A DNA stretch of 64,000 nucleotides from Anthoceros angustus (Eukaryota > Plantae > Anthocerotophyta): contig VJWM01000260.1 in NCBI GenBank assembly GCA_010909165.1, forward strand, positions 123,007-187,006. Reading direction: 5' to 3'. How positions within the stretch are numbered: position 1 is the stretch's first letter; each line of letters starts with the position of its first letter. The notes beneath the pieces were generated by a model. The model did not search any database. It saw only the letters and a list, made by a program, of their open reading frames with translations, and was not told the origin of the DNA. A program made the position numbers and the translations under genes. Shown here one piece after another: positions 1 to 13,694 of the stretch.

Positions 1-23
1 CAATCCTAGAGAGAGAATGTCAC

Positions 24-2557
24 CTTGTCAAACCCATCGAGTTCAAGTGAGTTCAGTATCAACCGGTTTTCCATCATATTTGTGTTCAGCCAGCTGATAA
101 GAACAACGTCATGGACCAGGGTAAGATTCGGACACATTGCAAGGAAATGAAAAAACACTTGAACTTCATTTACAGAGGAGTCAGACCAACCAGTAGAAAT
201 CACCATGCCGATCTTGGAAATGAACTTTAAAATCCCCATTCAGTTCAGCAACGCAACGTTCACCGGGTAAGGCGAAAACTACAATGCCTTTCCTTGGCGC
301 GTTAAACCAGAAGTCATCTGGCTGCCCGGCCAAAAGGTCACAGACAGGGACAACGGAATTCAGATGTCGGAGATTGCTTAGAGCCTCACAATCAACCAAC
401 GCTAATTATAAGCAAGAGACGGCCCACCATCATGTCTTTTGTCCTCGGATGCTTCTTTGTTGAAAACAGCACACCTGATTAGCAACAGCCATTCTGCAGC
501 TTTAGAAAGGCGGAAACCAAAAGGAGTGGAGTGTTCGCAAGGAGAGAGAGAGTCATCGGTCGATCCTACTTACCATTGTGATCAGATATCGTAATGGCAG
601 GCCGGATCCAATAAGGACACTTGTGAAGACGTATCCCCCTGAAGATACACCTGAGAAGGGGACGTACGGAAATGATCGTACAGTGTGTAAGGAGCCGCTT
701 GGACAAAGTTTCAGCAAACGGCTGGAAATGATGGAGCAACAGTTCAGATACCAACTTTCTGACACTTGAAGTTTCTCCGTTGAAGTCACGTAGGATTCGT
801 TCAAAGTACTTAACATACCGCTGACATAGTTGTCACAAAAACACCAAATAAAACTGAGTCAGAAGAGCAAGCATGCGTCCCCCCCTAAGGTACAACTATG
901 TGAACGTGACAGAAGGCCTATTCATTTCAAACACTACCTGTGCAGAAATTTTGGAGAGAGAGTGCTCACCACTTGACTGGGCAGGATGAGTCCTCTCCCA
1001 TCTACACATCTCTTCTGGTTATAGTACTGAATCGATTCTTCAGCTGTAGGAAAGAACTGCACAAGAAAAAAGCCACTTAAGATATGACCAGCGCTACTAA
1101 CTAGGTGCCAAGCAGTAGGAGATAACAAAACTTGATCTCCGCCAATCCACAGGACCTAGTACTGTGTTCAGAGACATTTTTCATACCTTCAGGTAAAGAA
1201 GAAGGGAAGATATCATAAGGCCAGTCCTTGCTTTTCCAGCTTTACAATGAACCACAACCACGTTCTCCAAATCCCCCTTCAGCCAAGAGTAGGCACTTTG
1301 ACAGAAGGCGCCAATCAAATGCAATGGCGGACAATTGTGGTCATTAAAGGGGAAGCAAGCCACCTGATTCATTTAATTGCGAAATAAATTTAGCCACTTC
1401 TCATAAATCCTTACAAACAGACTCTGAAGGGCTGCTGCATTGAACATGACGGAGTGTAAAATTCTCTTTTACCTTGCCTTCGAACAAAGCAGCATCATAC
1501 AACCGCTCAGAGCAAAGATTGTAGACCTTGTACTTGCCCTGTAGCAAAGATTGCACGTGAGAAAAGCCACCTGGTCCAACCCAGAACCAAACCTACCTCA
1601 TGCAACCTGGTCTCACCTTATGACGTGTCTCAAAAAACTGAACAACATCTTCCATGTGGTTGCGATAGAGACCCTGCAACGATAAACGTGGGACTCGTCA
1701 ACCTGTTGGGCGACATCAACCTTGGCCGCCTTCGTAATCACAGGATAATCACAGACGAGACAGACTTCATCTACCTCCACATAACCAAGAAAGCCTGAGC
1801 TGATGTCCCCAGCTGGGAAACCCATGGCGATAACGTTCTCTGTGATGTATGTCATATCCAGGTCAAAAGTTCCCTCCTGCACGATTAAAACACATGTTTT
1901 TCCTTGGCCCATCATCACTCATGAGTATCCTTACTAGCGTGAATGAAAGGCAAAGTCTCCAGGACTGATGGGTGAAGCCACCTGATAACGTCTTTTGTTT
2001 TGAGACACCATGTGCCTTGCTTTGATTTGGACGACTTTCACTGCATTCCTTGACGTGTCCAAAAAGCCCTTGGTGAAGGTCCCCAGAGCACCCTCTGTGA
2101 CCGGTGAGACCTGGGATCTGTGCTCTGCTGGAGCTGCATCAGCAACGGGAGTCTTGGCCACCGCCCGCTTTCCAAAGCCTCCTGTCAGAAGGCTGAACGT
2201 GGACCTGGGAGCCTCAGCCTCAGCCTGCTGTGGCTCTGGGGCAGCTGACGACGGCATTCTGAAGCCTTTTGCCCACGATGTGAATCCTCCTGCGAGGGTG
2301 GGCTTCGGAGGAGCTTCCCCGACAGATTTTGGTGATGCAGCGTGGGAGGCAGATGGAGGGGGAGTAGGAGTTGGCACGTGATCAGAAACCACCTGGACTT
2401 GCTGCTCATCCTGTCCCTGCTCCTGCTCCGTCTCCTGCTCCTGCCCCAGCTGCTGGGCAGCGTCATCTGGAGGGCCAGCCGACAGCAGCGGCTGCTCCGG
2501 AATGCCCACAGCTTGGAGCTCGTCCGGGTCAGGAGTGCGGCCCACCAAGCTGCTCAT
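24..2557 (-). CDS. PTEN2: PTEN2-like lipid/protein phosphatase, multi-exon, 3' end outside window. Exons read: 2557-1982, 1876-1775, 1673-1617, 1538-1473, 1363-1187, 1056-970, 820-756, 650-574, 474-428, 321-191, 93-24
   Basis: GT-AG joined exons give [32 protein letters not shown]...HCKAGKART (PTEN HCxxGxxR P-loop)...PSQVRYVKYFERIL...CPYWIRPAITISDHNG...GDFYCWLNTNMMENR, matching plant PTEN2a/b. ATG at 2557. Confidence 0.93.
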
Positions 2558-3632
2558 CGCTCTCAGATCTACCACCACCCAGACTTACGCTCCTCTGCCC
2601 TTCTTGCACCTGCCCCGCATGATGCTGCTACCCCGCGGAATGAAGCTCCATCCATGCGACCAAGTCCGATCTCTCGACGCAGATCCGAGGCGCCAGCGAT
2701 CAAGACGTGCGTAGATGCGTCAGACAGGCGACCAAGCTATTAACACTCAATCGATCGAGCCTTAACCTAGAAGAGTGGCAACACTTGGGCCGATCATGCC
2801 GTTAATTAGGCCCCTCGCCCCATATGTAAGTTCCATGCCTCTCACTTCCTATTTTCTGTTTACTGGAAGGGCATGCACGGATCCTCGGAGCGCTTTAGTG
2901 ATCGCCCTGGGTGTGTCAGGACCACGACTGACAGGCGCACTGGCTTCTTTCGTCTTGTGCAAGCAAGCAATCTTGTTATTACGACATCCCAATGTCAACA
3001 CAGGTTCACAAATGCCAAGCACGTTCGTCAGGCTTCATGTCTTCACAAGAGCTGTACATGTACATGTGGGGATACAAGTGGGACATTATGGGGAGGATGG
3101 TAAGTCCTTACCCATCAGTCCCGGCTTCGGCACGACCCTCCTCCAGGAGGCAACAAAATGCAACCACACTGCCTGTCTTATTCCTTCTCCCGACCCAGCT
3201 TCTGGTCACCTGCGCGTCTGCAGAAGCCGGTGGGGTGTCAACATTCTCAAACCAGAACAAAAGACTGCATATGGGAAAAGTTAAAGCAACTACATTGTTC
3301 TCCCAGTTCGCAACTAGAATTTGACGTCACTTTTGCACATCAACAAGACGATCCTGATGAAACTCAAAGAAAGCCAAAGGTAAAGCTAAAGGCAATTCAA
3401 AAGCTTGAAGCAAGGCCGCCACAACTTGAAATACTTGGCAGTCCCTAACTGCAGACCCAATGGGCTGCAGAAGAGCAGCTATGGTGCTTAAGGATAGAGA
3501 CCTACCAATAGTAAGAATATGTACATCTAAATAAGAACAGATCCTACCACACCTGCAAAGAACTACCGATAGTCTGTACACTACAGAAAATCCCTTGTGA
3601 TTTCCTGTCAACCCCCGGATGAACCCCCAGTA

Positions 3633-5139
3633 TTAAGTCTGACGGGAATGCCCGGTCCTTGCAGCTGCATCTGCTGCCTCCCGCTTCTGAGCTCGCCTTG
3701 CCCGCCTCCCTGCCTTTTCCTTTGCTGGTGCTTTTCCCTTGGCTACCGTGGAGGAGGATGTGTCATCCAAACAATCATCATAAAGATCATGAGCAGACAC
3801 CTGCCGTACACTTACCGGTCTAGCCTCCCTTCGACCACCCCGAACATAACCATTGTCACCCCATCGTCTATTACCAATGCGCAGACTCGATGTGTAATAG
3901 TACTGCTCCAATACATCATCCTCATCATGATACTCTTCAGGCTCCTCCACTTCCAACATCGGAAACCCCTGAAACCAAGGGGCTCGGAGGAGAAGGCATA
4001 CACTTTCCTCACACATGTAGTCATGAAGGCTACAAGACAGACAACGAAAGGAGGGTGAGAACTCATCCCACATCCTCTACTACCGACACCAGATAAGGAA
4101 CTGACAACCCAATCCATCTCAACAACGGGGACTGCACACCAAGCTTAAGTTCAAACAGCAAGCAACTCCGGTCATGAGTGTGCACAGTAATCAGGTGCAA
4201 CCTCTTCCCAACTCCCAAACACAATACACCTCCCGTAACAGGCCAGCCATCCTGTAATCAAAACCTCATCTTGGCATGTACCAAGCCCACGCTAACATGG
4301 TGATCAGCAAAACTACAAACTCCAACCATTGACACCAATTCCCATGTTATGGGAAGATAACATACACAGACCCACACCCCAGCTCACACACCGTACCTGC
4401 CGTCAATTGATTTGTACACGTAGACGAAAGTGAAAGGTAATCTGCACTGGGGACACCAAGGCTCGGGTTTATAGGAAGCCCAGCGGAGGATACACGTCAC
4501 ACTGCGAGCCGCCAGAGGTGAGTTAGAACAGTGCCATACAAAGATGTAGCAAGCTTAGTGAGGTCAGACCTTCATTCAGAGCATTGTGAGTGCAACGGCT
4601 CCTTATCTAACAACTACAGTACGCCAAACAGCACGATAACCCTAGTGGCCTCTGTATCAAACACCTAAACGATTGCAGAAATCAACATGGTCGCCAACTA
4701 ACCAATAAGAATGTTCACAACCCTTGATCTGGGCTGTCTCTTCGACTGCAATCTTCTCCCGGCATATGGCGCAAACCCAGTCATCCACGGAATCGAACCG
4801 ATACCCTCCTCCTTCAGGTTCCTATGCCAGCAACGTACATCATTCAACATCTGCAGATCCAGCAATTAAGCAACAAGAACATCTCGCCAAGCAGCCCCAC
4901 GAGAAGCAATCAGAGTCGCAGCAGTTGGGGAGTACCGCAGAGGAAGGGCTGGAAGCTGTTCCGGCTACAGCCAGATCGAGGGCTGCGGGATCCGAGGCCG
5001 CCTCTCCTTTGCTATCCATGTCCAGCCGTGGCAGAGCTTCCACAAGATTTGCTACCCCGGCATCGGTTGACGCAGAGAGTCCAGTGGCGGTGTCAGGTAC
5101 AGGGAAATCCGCTGCAGTCGGTAGGCCTGCGTCAGCCAT
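3633..5139 (-). CDS. C3HC4-type RING-finger protein (putative E3 ligase); 4 exons: 5139-4936, 4821-4703, 4501-4397, 4029-3633
   Basis: Spliced product contains CAICREKIAVEETAQIKGCEHSYC|VTCILRWASYKPEPWCPQC (RING), then DGS|LHDYMCEESVCLLLRAPWF and SSLRIGNRRWGDNGYVRGGRREARPV, motifs I recognise from a conserved plant RING family. All junctions are GT-AG and in phase. Confidence 0.85.
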
Positions 5140-5672
5140 GAAGTCTCCCGAGCGGCGTCCGGGCTGCGTATTTGGCTACTACCAAGAAGAAGCGGGCTCT
5201 GCCGAGACTGTTGAGGAAGGTCGGCACCTGCCATGAACCACCTGATTTAGCTGGAAACTAAAATTCATTCATCCGGTGTTGCAGCGGCTGCAACACATGT
5301 GAGGTGGCAAGCATTGTTGCGCCAGAAGGCTTGGAGATGCCACTGGCTGCCTGCGCACAAAGGATCGGAATAAAGGTTCTTGTTGCACAAAGTCCAGAGC
5401 AAAACCTAACCACTTTCTTACATGTGCAGTGAACGCTGGTGTGGAGGATAGGAGCAATCGCCGTTCACCAGCTGGACCGGTCCGACACATGAGCTTGACC
5501 GCCGATTCCTTTCAGACCGGTTCATATGAGCTTGACCGCCCTTCCTTTCAATTTCCGGAGCCACAAGTTGCTTTTTTTGCTTTTGGTATGGATTGTACTA
5601 CTGTGTAGGTATTTGTTAGGTACTATTTTCTGTTCATTATGGATTTTCCAGGATGTATTGGTTTTATTGATG

Positions 5673-5877
5673 GAAGAAGAAGAAGAATTTTATTTGAGTC
5701 CACACTAAGGACGGATTTCCGTCATGGGACTTGGTACTTGACAACTTGTACCATGGTGTGCCTAAGCTACTTGCACCAAGGGCATCCACTCCCTTTAGGC
5801 ACCCCATCTAAGTACCGATCTAAGCTCAGGATGCTTAATCACGACGTTCTTATAAATGTGTGTCCATTTGGCCTAAG
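5673..5877. mobile_element. Dispersed ~215-bp hairpin-rich repeat, copy 1 ((GAA)n end on the left; hairpin end truncated)
   Basis: Near-identical to copies at 6811, 18901, 20660, 21862, 59399 and 61490 (core ggacggatttccgtcatgggacttggtac...ggcaccccatctaagtac). Confidence 0.75.
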
Positions 5878-6810
5878 ATTAGATTTGATGGGATCTTCTA
5901 CTCTTATTTCAAAAATCAGGGGTTTTATTGACGGGATCTTCCTACTCTTAATTCAAAAATCGGGAATAGATTGTAAAGTATATTATGACAGAAAATATAG
6001 GTAAATTTGGTATATAATTTATATTTACATAATTTATTTACTCTTTCTTAAAAGATGTATGTGCTCTACAAGAGATGTCTAATTGTGCTCCATGAGTATT
6101 CCATCAATTTAAAATAGTCTGTGATGTGGACAAATGCATCTTTAACTCTCCATGTGGGTTGTCCAGATACGTGTGAAAATTCCTTTGTTTTTCAGCGAAT
6201 GAAGTTACACAAGGACCCTTTAGCCCACTTTTTATATGGAGAATTCATCCTCCATTGCTGATTTCACTTATGGTTAATTTCCCTTTCGTATTCTGTTTTT
6301 CAAATCGAACTCCCTTGAAAAAAATACTTGAAGTAGATTTCCTCTTGGAGTTCTTAGTAGTACTGATCAATGCAAGTTAAAAGGTCCAAGGATTGGAGAC
6401 ACGGCGCTTGGAATCGTTTCCGTATTGAAAAAATTCTTGCACAACAATGGCATAACAATTTCTTGCCAGTGCAGAAAATGTCTCTTGCAAGTCTTCAAGT
6501 GTTCACTCCACTAGTATCCCCAAGAAAACATGTAAATACACCAGTCTCGCATGAAAGAAAGTACATATACTTTCTTTCATGCTTTCATAGTTTATCGTAT
6601 TCGTCTTTTATTACTAAGAATTATTTTAAATACAATCAAATATAGTTTTGTCTGACCAAAACCTTGAAACCCCCTATTAGTTATGTCCGAAAGAAGGGCA
6701 TAACACTCTCCTACAAAACCGAACATAGGTAGGTAATACAAAATAAGCTAGGAACATAAAAAGAATTATTTTGGTGAGAGTGATGAACAATATACTAGAC
6801 AAGGCACATA

Positions 6811-7027
6811 GAAGAAGAGGAAGAAGAATATTATTTAAGTCCACTAAGGACGGATTTCCGTCATGGGACTTGGTACTTAACAACTTGTACCATGGTATGC
6901 CTAAGCTACTTGCACCAAGGGCATCCATTCCCTTTAGGCACCCCATCTAAGTACCGATCCAAGCGCAGGATGCTTAATAACCACGTTCTTATAAATGTGT
7001 GCCCATTTGGCGTAAGCCATTTGGACA
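6811..7027. mobile_element. Dispersed ~215-bp repeat, copy 2 ((GAA)n end on the left)
   Basis: Full-length match to the family, including the terminal hairpin gtgcccatttggcgtaagccatttggaca. Confidence 0.75.
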
Positions 7028-7328
7028 TGGGTAGGCAATAACTAGGGCCATAATCTTAGAAGCCTTTATGTAGGGAAGAGAATTACAAACTCAAACTAAG
7101 AATTTAATGCTGAGATCTAAACCAACGGCATATAAATATAAACTCTGATCCTTGTATAGTACCTCTGTTGGGAGCAAAGTTCGCCACCATTATGTTGAAC
7201 CCTAAGTTTTGAGATTGGTTTAGCAATTCATTCCGGATATTCCCTGTTCACCATTAGCCCTTTTTGGATTGTTCCTCCTCGGACTTCAGGGGTAGGTGGG
7301 ATTTCCCATCTCGTCTATTAATAACGTC

Positions 7329-7466
7329 TACTCTATTTCTTTATTCATTCCGGATATTTATTTATTTTTTACTTCATGCATGAGGCAGCAATGGGTCTAC
7401 TCTATTTCTTTATTCATTCCAGATATTTATTTATTTTTGACTTCATCCATGAGGCAGCAATGGGTG
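7329..7466. repeat. Two-copy direct repeat, ~68-bp unit
   Basis: tctactctatttctttattcattcc...catgaggcagcaatggg occurs twice back to back. Confidence 0.8.
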
Positions 7467-7689
7467 GCCTAAGCTTTGCTCAAGTTCGACCCGCTAACAA
7501 TCTTAGGCAGTAATTTATGACGCATGAGTTCAAGGTAACCACCAGCTTGCCCGTGCCAAACGCTTGAGAAATGCATGGCAGATCGGTTCAGCTTAGTCAC
7601 CGGCTCCGTCATTTCGGCACTTCATTTAATTAATGTACATCACAAAATTTCAGCGATCTCTCCAGTTTTCTCTTGTAGCCATGTTGCAT

Positions 7690-7854
7690 CATTGAAACTC
7701 CACAATCCAGCATTCATTGAAACTCCACAATCCAGCATTCATTGAAACTCCACAATCCAGCATTCATTGAAACTCCACAATCCAGCATCCATCGAAACTC
7801 CACAATCCAGCATTCATTGAAACTCCACAATCCAGCATCCATCGAAACTCCACA
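7690..7854. repeat. Minisatellite, 25-bp unit x ~6.6 (cattgaaactccacaatccagcatt)
   Basis: Units start at 7690, 7715, 7740, 7765, 7790, 7815 and 7840, with no spacers. Confidence 0.92.
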
Positions 7855-7989
7855 GTCATTGACTGCAGAGTTCAAGTGTTAGCACGGAGGACGGCTGAAC
7901 GTAGTTGGAACAAAACAGTGCGGTGGCACATTTTGGTACCGAACCGCGTTCCCCCATGTTCCACCGTTCTCTTCCAACCGAGTTCCGAG

Positions 7990-8257
7990 TGATAGGAATA
8001 GTACATATTGTATTAGTATGTAATGTTAGTGGTCACTATAAAGCTGAGATTATGGCAAGTCCTAGGGATGTGTGGTCTACGATGTAGCACTATAATAGTA
8101 TAGTAGTCACTCCAGGGTATATAAAGGGATCACTTCGAGACTGTCTAGTATCATTGTTGTTCCAGGCTCTGTAGTGTTCTTTGTTGCAACCTCTGTGCTT
8201 CCTTTCTTCTGCTATAAATTCTCTCTTATATTTTCATGATCCTGTGGATTCCTATCA
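7990..8257 (+). repeat. 5' LTR of copia element
   Basis: TG...CA termini with a 10-bp terminal inverted repeat; 7 substitutions versus the 3' LTR by manual comparison. Confidence 0.95.
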
Positions 8258-8269
8258 TGGTATCAGAGC
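8258..8269 (+). promoter_or_regulatory. Primer-binding site (initiator tRNA-Met type)
   Basis: TGGTATCAGAGC directly after the 5' LTR; a second copy lies at 10023-10034 after a partial LTR. Confidence 0.9.
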
Positions 8270-11200
8270 AAAAGGTTTCTAAGATGCGTCTAATCAACGT
8301 ATCTTAGGTTTGAAGTTTCTGACATCCTGTGTTTAAGTTGTAGTTAAGAAAGGTATCTTAGGATTTATTTTAAAGGTAAGTGGAGGTGTATGAGAACGTC
8401 TAACAAGCGTCTCTCAAACATCAGAGTTTTCTGAGGTATACCTTACGAGAGTATCTTGGGCTCTAAAAAATTTTTTGGGAGATACGTCTAACAAGCGTAT
8501 CTGAGGGTTTTGGCTAATGTTGTTCCAGCCGAGGTTTTTTTTTTTTTTTAAGGGTTTTTTGGGCTGGTGTTGTTCCAGCCGAGGTTCTTTGAGTGGGTGA
8601 CTTTGTGTGAGGGTGTGTGGCTGATGTCGTTCCAGCCTTAACGGTGAGATCGTTATTGTGTTTGTTTTTTTCAGGCTTTTATTATTTATTATCTATCTAT
8701 TCATTATCTATTATTATGGCTCAAGAGCATGAGACCTTTTTTCGGATACCTAAATTTAATGGTTCCAATTTTTTCTTTTTGGAAGTTTCGTATAAAAGTA
8801 GCTCTTATGGATGATTGGCCTATTGTTGAGTCGAGGCTTATCCTCAAAATGGTACCCCAAAGAAAACAATTATCATGGAGAAAAGAAATTAGCTCTCATG
8901 CTGATTATTGGGTCTATTGAGGATCGGTGTCTTGGTCAACTTATGACCAAGACTACAGCTGCTGAGGTTTGGCAGGTGTTACTGTCCTCGTATGAACAAC
9001 ATGGCTTAGCCCACTCTCAGGCTAATCTTGCCAAGCTTATAGACTTTAAGATGGGGGCTTCTCAGACCATCAAGGAATTTATTGACCAATTTACTACTGT
9101 TATTGTTGATTGTTTGGCTTCTGGATTAGAGGTACCCTTGGAAATGCAAATTTTCAAGGGCACCTCTAATCCACATTGTTCATACGAGGACAGTAACACC
9201 TGCCAAACCTCAGCAGCTGTAGTCTTGGTCATAAGTTGACCAAGACACCGATCCTCAATAGACCCAATAATCAGCATGAGAGCTTTCGAATTTCTTTGTC
9301 TCCATGATAATTGTTCTGCTGGGGTACCATTTTGAGGATAAGCCTCAGTACCCTCAACAATAGGTTAATCATCCATAAGAGCTACTCTTATACGAAACTT
9401 CCAAAAAGAAAAATTGGAACCATTAAATTTAGGTATCCGAAAAAAGGTCTCACGCTCTTGAGCCATAATAATAGATAATGAATAGATAGATAATAAATAA
9501 TAAAAGCCTGAAAAAACAAACACAATAACGATCTCACCGTTAAGGCTGGAATGACATCAGCCACACACCCTCACACAAAGTCACCCACTCAAAGAACCTC
9601 GGCTCGAACAACATCAGCCTAAAAAACCCTCAAATACGCTTGTTAGACGTATCTCCCAAAAAAAAATTTGAGCCCAAGATACTCTCGTAAGGTATACCTC
9701 AGAAAACTCTGATGTTTGAGAGACGCTTGTTAGACATTCTCATCAAATTTTTTAGAGCCCAAGATACTCTCGTAAGATATACCTCAGAAAACTCTGATGT
9801 TTGAGAGACGCTTGTTGCTCTGATACCTAGTAGCTCTTATGGATGATTGGCCTATTATTGAGGGTACTGAGGCTTATCCTCAAAATGGTACCCCAGCAAA
9901 ACAATTATCATGGTATCATTGTTGTTCCAGGCTCTGTAGTGTTCTTTGTTGCAACCTCTGTGCTTCCTTTCTTCTGCTATAAAGTCTCTCTTATATTTTC
10001 ATGATCCTGTGGATTCCTATCATGGTATCAGAGCAATAGGTTTCTAAGATGCGTCTAATCAATGTATCTTAGGTTTTGAAGTTTCTGACATCCTGTGTTT
10101 AAGTTGTAGTTAAGAAAGGTATCTTAGGATTTATTTTAAAGGTAAGTGGAGGTGTATGAGAACGTCTAACAAGCGTCTCTCAAACATCAGAATGAACAAG
10201 AGCTAATAACATAAACGCTCTAGAATTAGGATGAACGGGAAACACTTTACGCCGATGCTTTCCAAAAACACAATCCGAACAAATAGAATGCTTTTGTAAA
10301 GAAGGAACATAAAAACCATAATAGTGAGCAGTCTGAAGAACCTTCCGTGGATGCACATGACCCAAACGGAAGTGCCATAATTGCTATAATGGCAATTCTG
10401 CATAATAACCCTTCACATGTAGTTTGAATTCCCTTGCAGTCCAGCTTATATAGTTCTCCAACAGGATGGCCGGTAGCAACAACATCCTGAGTAGAAAGTC
10501 GTTTAATGGCACAACTACATATCTTCGTGACATATTATATGTTCCTGGTTTACAAAAGAATCTATTGTCTGTTCGAGCGATGTGTCAACTTGGTTTATTT
10601 GTTGAATTTCATTCTGGTCGTTGTTCCATTAAACGACTTTCTACTCAGGATGTTGTTGCTACCGGCCATCCTGTTGGACAACTATATAAGCTGGACTGCA
10701 AGCGAATTCAACCACATGTGAAGGGTTATTATGCAGAATTGCCATTATAGCAATTATGGCACTTCCGTTTGGGTCATGTGCATCCACGGAAGGTTCTTCA
10801 GACTGCTCACTATTATGGTTTTTATGTTCCTTCTTTACAAAAGCATTCTATTTGTTCGGATTGTGTTTTTGGAAAGCATCGGCGTAAAGTGTTTCCCGTT
10901 CATCCTAATTCTAGAGCGTCTATGTTATTAGCTCTTGTTCATTCTGATGTTTGTGGACCTTTCTCTTATACTTCCTTCCAAGGGTTTTGCTACTTTGTTA
11001 CTTTTCTTGATGATTTTTCCCGTCATTTTCAAGTTTATTTCTTACATGATCGTTCGGAGGTATTTAACAAGTTCAAGCTCTTTAAGACCTATTCTGAGCG
11101 TTTTACTGGTCACAAACTCAAAATACTACGTACAAATAATGGAGGAGAGTATACCTCACGTGTTTTTCAAGATTGTCTATCCTTTTTTGGCATTCAACAT

Positions 11201-13694
11201 CAGACTAGTTTTCCATATTCTCCCCAACAAAATGGACGTGCCGAGATTCAGAATAAAATTCTTGTTGGTGCTGCTCGTTGTATGTTATTTCACATGAGTG
11301 TGGCCCCTCAGTTTTGGGCTGAGGCTATTCAAACAGCTGCTTGTGTTCTGAATCGGGTTGTTTCGGATGTTTTATGTGGTCAAACTCCTCAGGCGTTGTG
11401 GACTGGACTTATTCCTTCTTTGGATCTTCGGGTTTTTGGGTGTGTTGCATACGCACATATTCCAAAAGAGAAGAGGTCTAAGCTAGATAAACGGAGTATT
11501 CAATGTATCTTTCTTGGTTACTGTGAAAATTCTTCGGAACACCGGTTATTTAATCCACGAACACGACAAATTATTTTTAAGTCGTGATGTTATTTTTTGT
11601 GAGAATTTGTCGTGGAAGGATATTATACATCATTCTGGTCAATCGTCTGTGGAAGCTGATGACCTTGTTTTCCGTCAGTTTCCCTCTTTGCTACCCACAT
11701 CAGATAATGCTCCTTATCTGTTTGATGAGGTTTTGGGTGCAGACCTTGCTGATCAGCTCGGGAATGATTCTCTAGTTTTTGCTGATTTGGATTCTATTTC
11801 TGAGCATGATGAGGAGGATATTCTTGAAGCTCCTTCAACTGCTCTTCCTTCTCCTCCTCATAATGAGGCTTCCTAAGTCTCAACGAATGTGCCTCGTCCG
11901 GACGCCACGTACTCCTTCGACGACAACTTGAATCTTTTGAGACTGGATTTTGTTGCTCTTCTTTCCGCTCCTTTGCACGAGCCTCAATCTCTTGCTGAGG
12001 CTCAAGCTTCTTCTGATTGGCCACTTTGGGAGAAAGCTTTGCAAGAAGAATGGGATTCTTTACTGCAGAACAATACATGGGATGTTGTTTCACTTCTCCC
12101 AGGACGGAAACTAGTTGGTTGTAAATGGGTTGTCAAGATCAAATATAATGCTGATGGTACTATAGAACGTTATAAAGCCAGATTGGTTGCCAAAGGCTAT
12201 TCACAGGTTGAGGATATTGATTATAAGCAGACTTTTTCTCCTGTAGTTAAACTACCTTCTGTTCGGGTTCTTCTTGCTCTGGCTACTCATTTTGATCTTG
12301 AAATGTGTCAAATGGATGTTAAGACTGCCTTTTTAAATGGTGATCTGGATGAAGAGATCTATATGGAGCAACCTTTACCATTTAATGATTCTATGCATCG
12401 CAGCTTACAACCTGGTTTGGTTTGTCGGTTACGTAAGAGTATTTATGGCTTGAAACAGGCTCCTCGTGCATGGAATTTGAAATTACATTCTGTCCTTGTT
12501 GCACATGGTTTTATTCGGAGTGTTGCTGATACCAGTCTATATGTTTTGCGTCAACAAGATTCATATCTCTATTTGGGTGTCTATGTTGACGATCTTATTC
12601 TAGTTTCTCCTCAACTGCGTCTTTTTCATTGGGTTTTCAAAATTCTTTCCACCACTTTTGATATGAAGTCTCTTGGTGCTCTGGGCTATTTCCTTGGAGT
12701 TCGCCTTATACGGGATCGGTCACGTCGTCTTATGTGGCTTTCTCAAGATAAATATCTTGAGAATATTTTACAGCGTTTTCGTATGGAAAATTCCCGTCCT
12801 GTCTCTACTCCTCTGGTGCCTTCTTCTTTTGATCTAACTGATGACACTTCCTCTTTACTTCCTTCTCAACATGTGGAGCGATATCAACAGGTTGTTGGTT
12901 CTCTTATGTATGCTTCTCTATCTTCACGACCTGATTTAACATCCTCTGTTAATGTTTTATGTCGACATACTACTCGACCTTCCACACTTCATTGGCAATG
13001 GGTTAAGCGTGTTTTACGCTATCTACGGGGCTTTGTTAACTATGGTTTATGTTTTGGTGACGCTTCTATCACAACAAATGCTCCTTCATGTCCGGTTGGT
13101 TATTGTCATTCGATTGATGTGACCATCTCGACGATCTACTGGATATGCTTTTATGTTTTTAATGCTCTTGTTAGCTGGAGTACTAAGACACAACCTACTG
13201 TCGCTCTTTCTTCTACGGAGGCGGAGTATATGTCCGCTTCTTATGCTACTAAAGAGGTCATTTGGTTGCGTCTTCTATTACGAGCTTGGCTATCCTCGAT
13301 AAAGCCTACTTCTTTGTATCTGAGATAGTCAAAGTAGTGTTAAGGTGGCTCATAATCCAATTTCATCAACGGATGAAACATATAGATATCCAACATCATT
13401 ACATCCGTGAGAAAGTTGAAGAGGGTGTCATTGATCTTCAATACATTCTCGCCACTTCCATGGTTGCGAGATGGGTTCACCAAGATTCTTCCCAATACCA
13501 AGTTTCAGCTTTTACTTCGTGTAGTTCTGCCAAGTTCTTAAGTCTCTTCTTGATGCAGGCTAGTTTTCCAGGTGTGGCCTCTAAGCATGGCTTTTTCCTC
13601 TTGATTGTTGTTTTTTCCCTACAGGGTTTTTAGCTATTCTTGAGGTTTTTTACTGCCGCTTAGAGTGCTCCTTAGTTAGTTTAAGGGGAGGGAA

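Noticed and set aside
3633-4073. Gypsy protease remnant (first impression from LLRAPWF)
   Set aside because: It is the last exon of the RING gene; upstream RING exons splice to it in frame.
5639-6004. Recurrent small ORFs (MVCLSYLHQGH..., RRRILFKSTKDGF...) as a peptide gene family
   Set aside because: They are translations of the 215-bp repeat; stops and frameshifts differ between copies and no domain is recognisable. A ~70-codon open frame is within chance expectation.
7464-7492. Pol III A/B-box-like motifs (tggcctaag...gttcgaccc)
   Set aside because: Spacing is too short and there is no cloverleaf.
7690-7854. CRISPR-like array (also considered for 47910-48060)
   Set aside because: Units abut directly with no unique spacers, no cas genes are present, and the context is eukaryotic.
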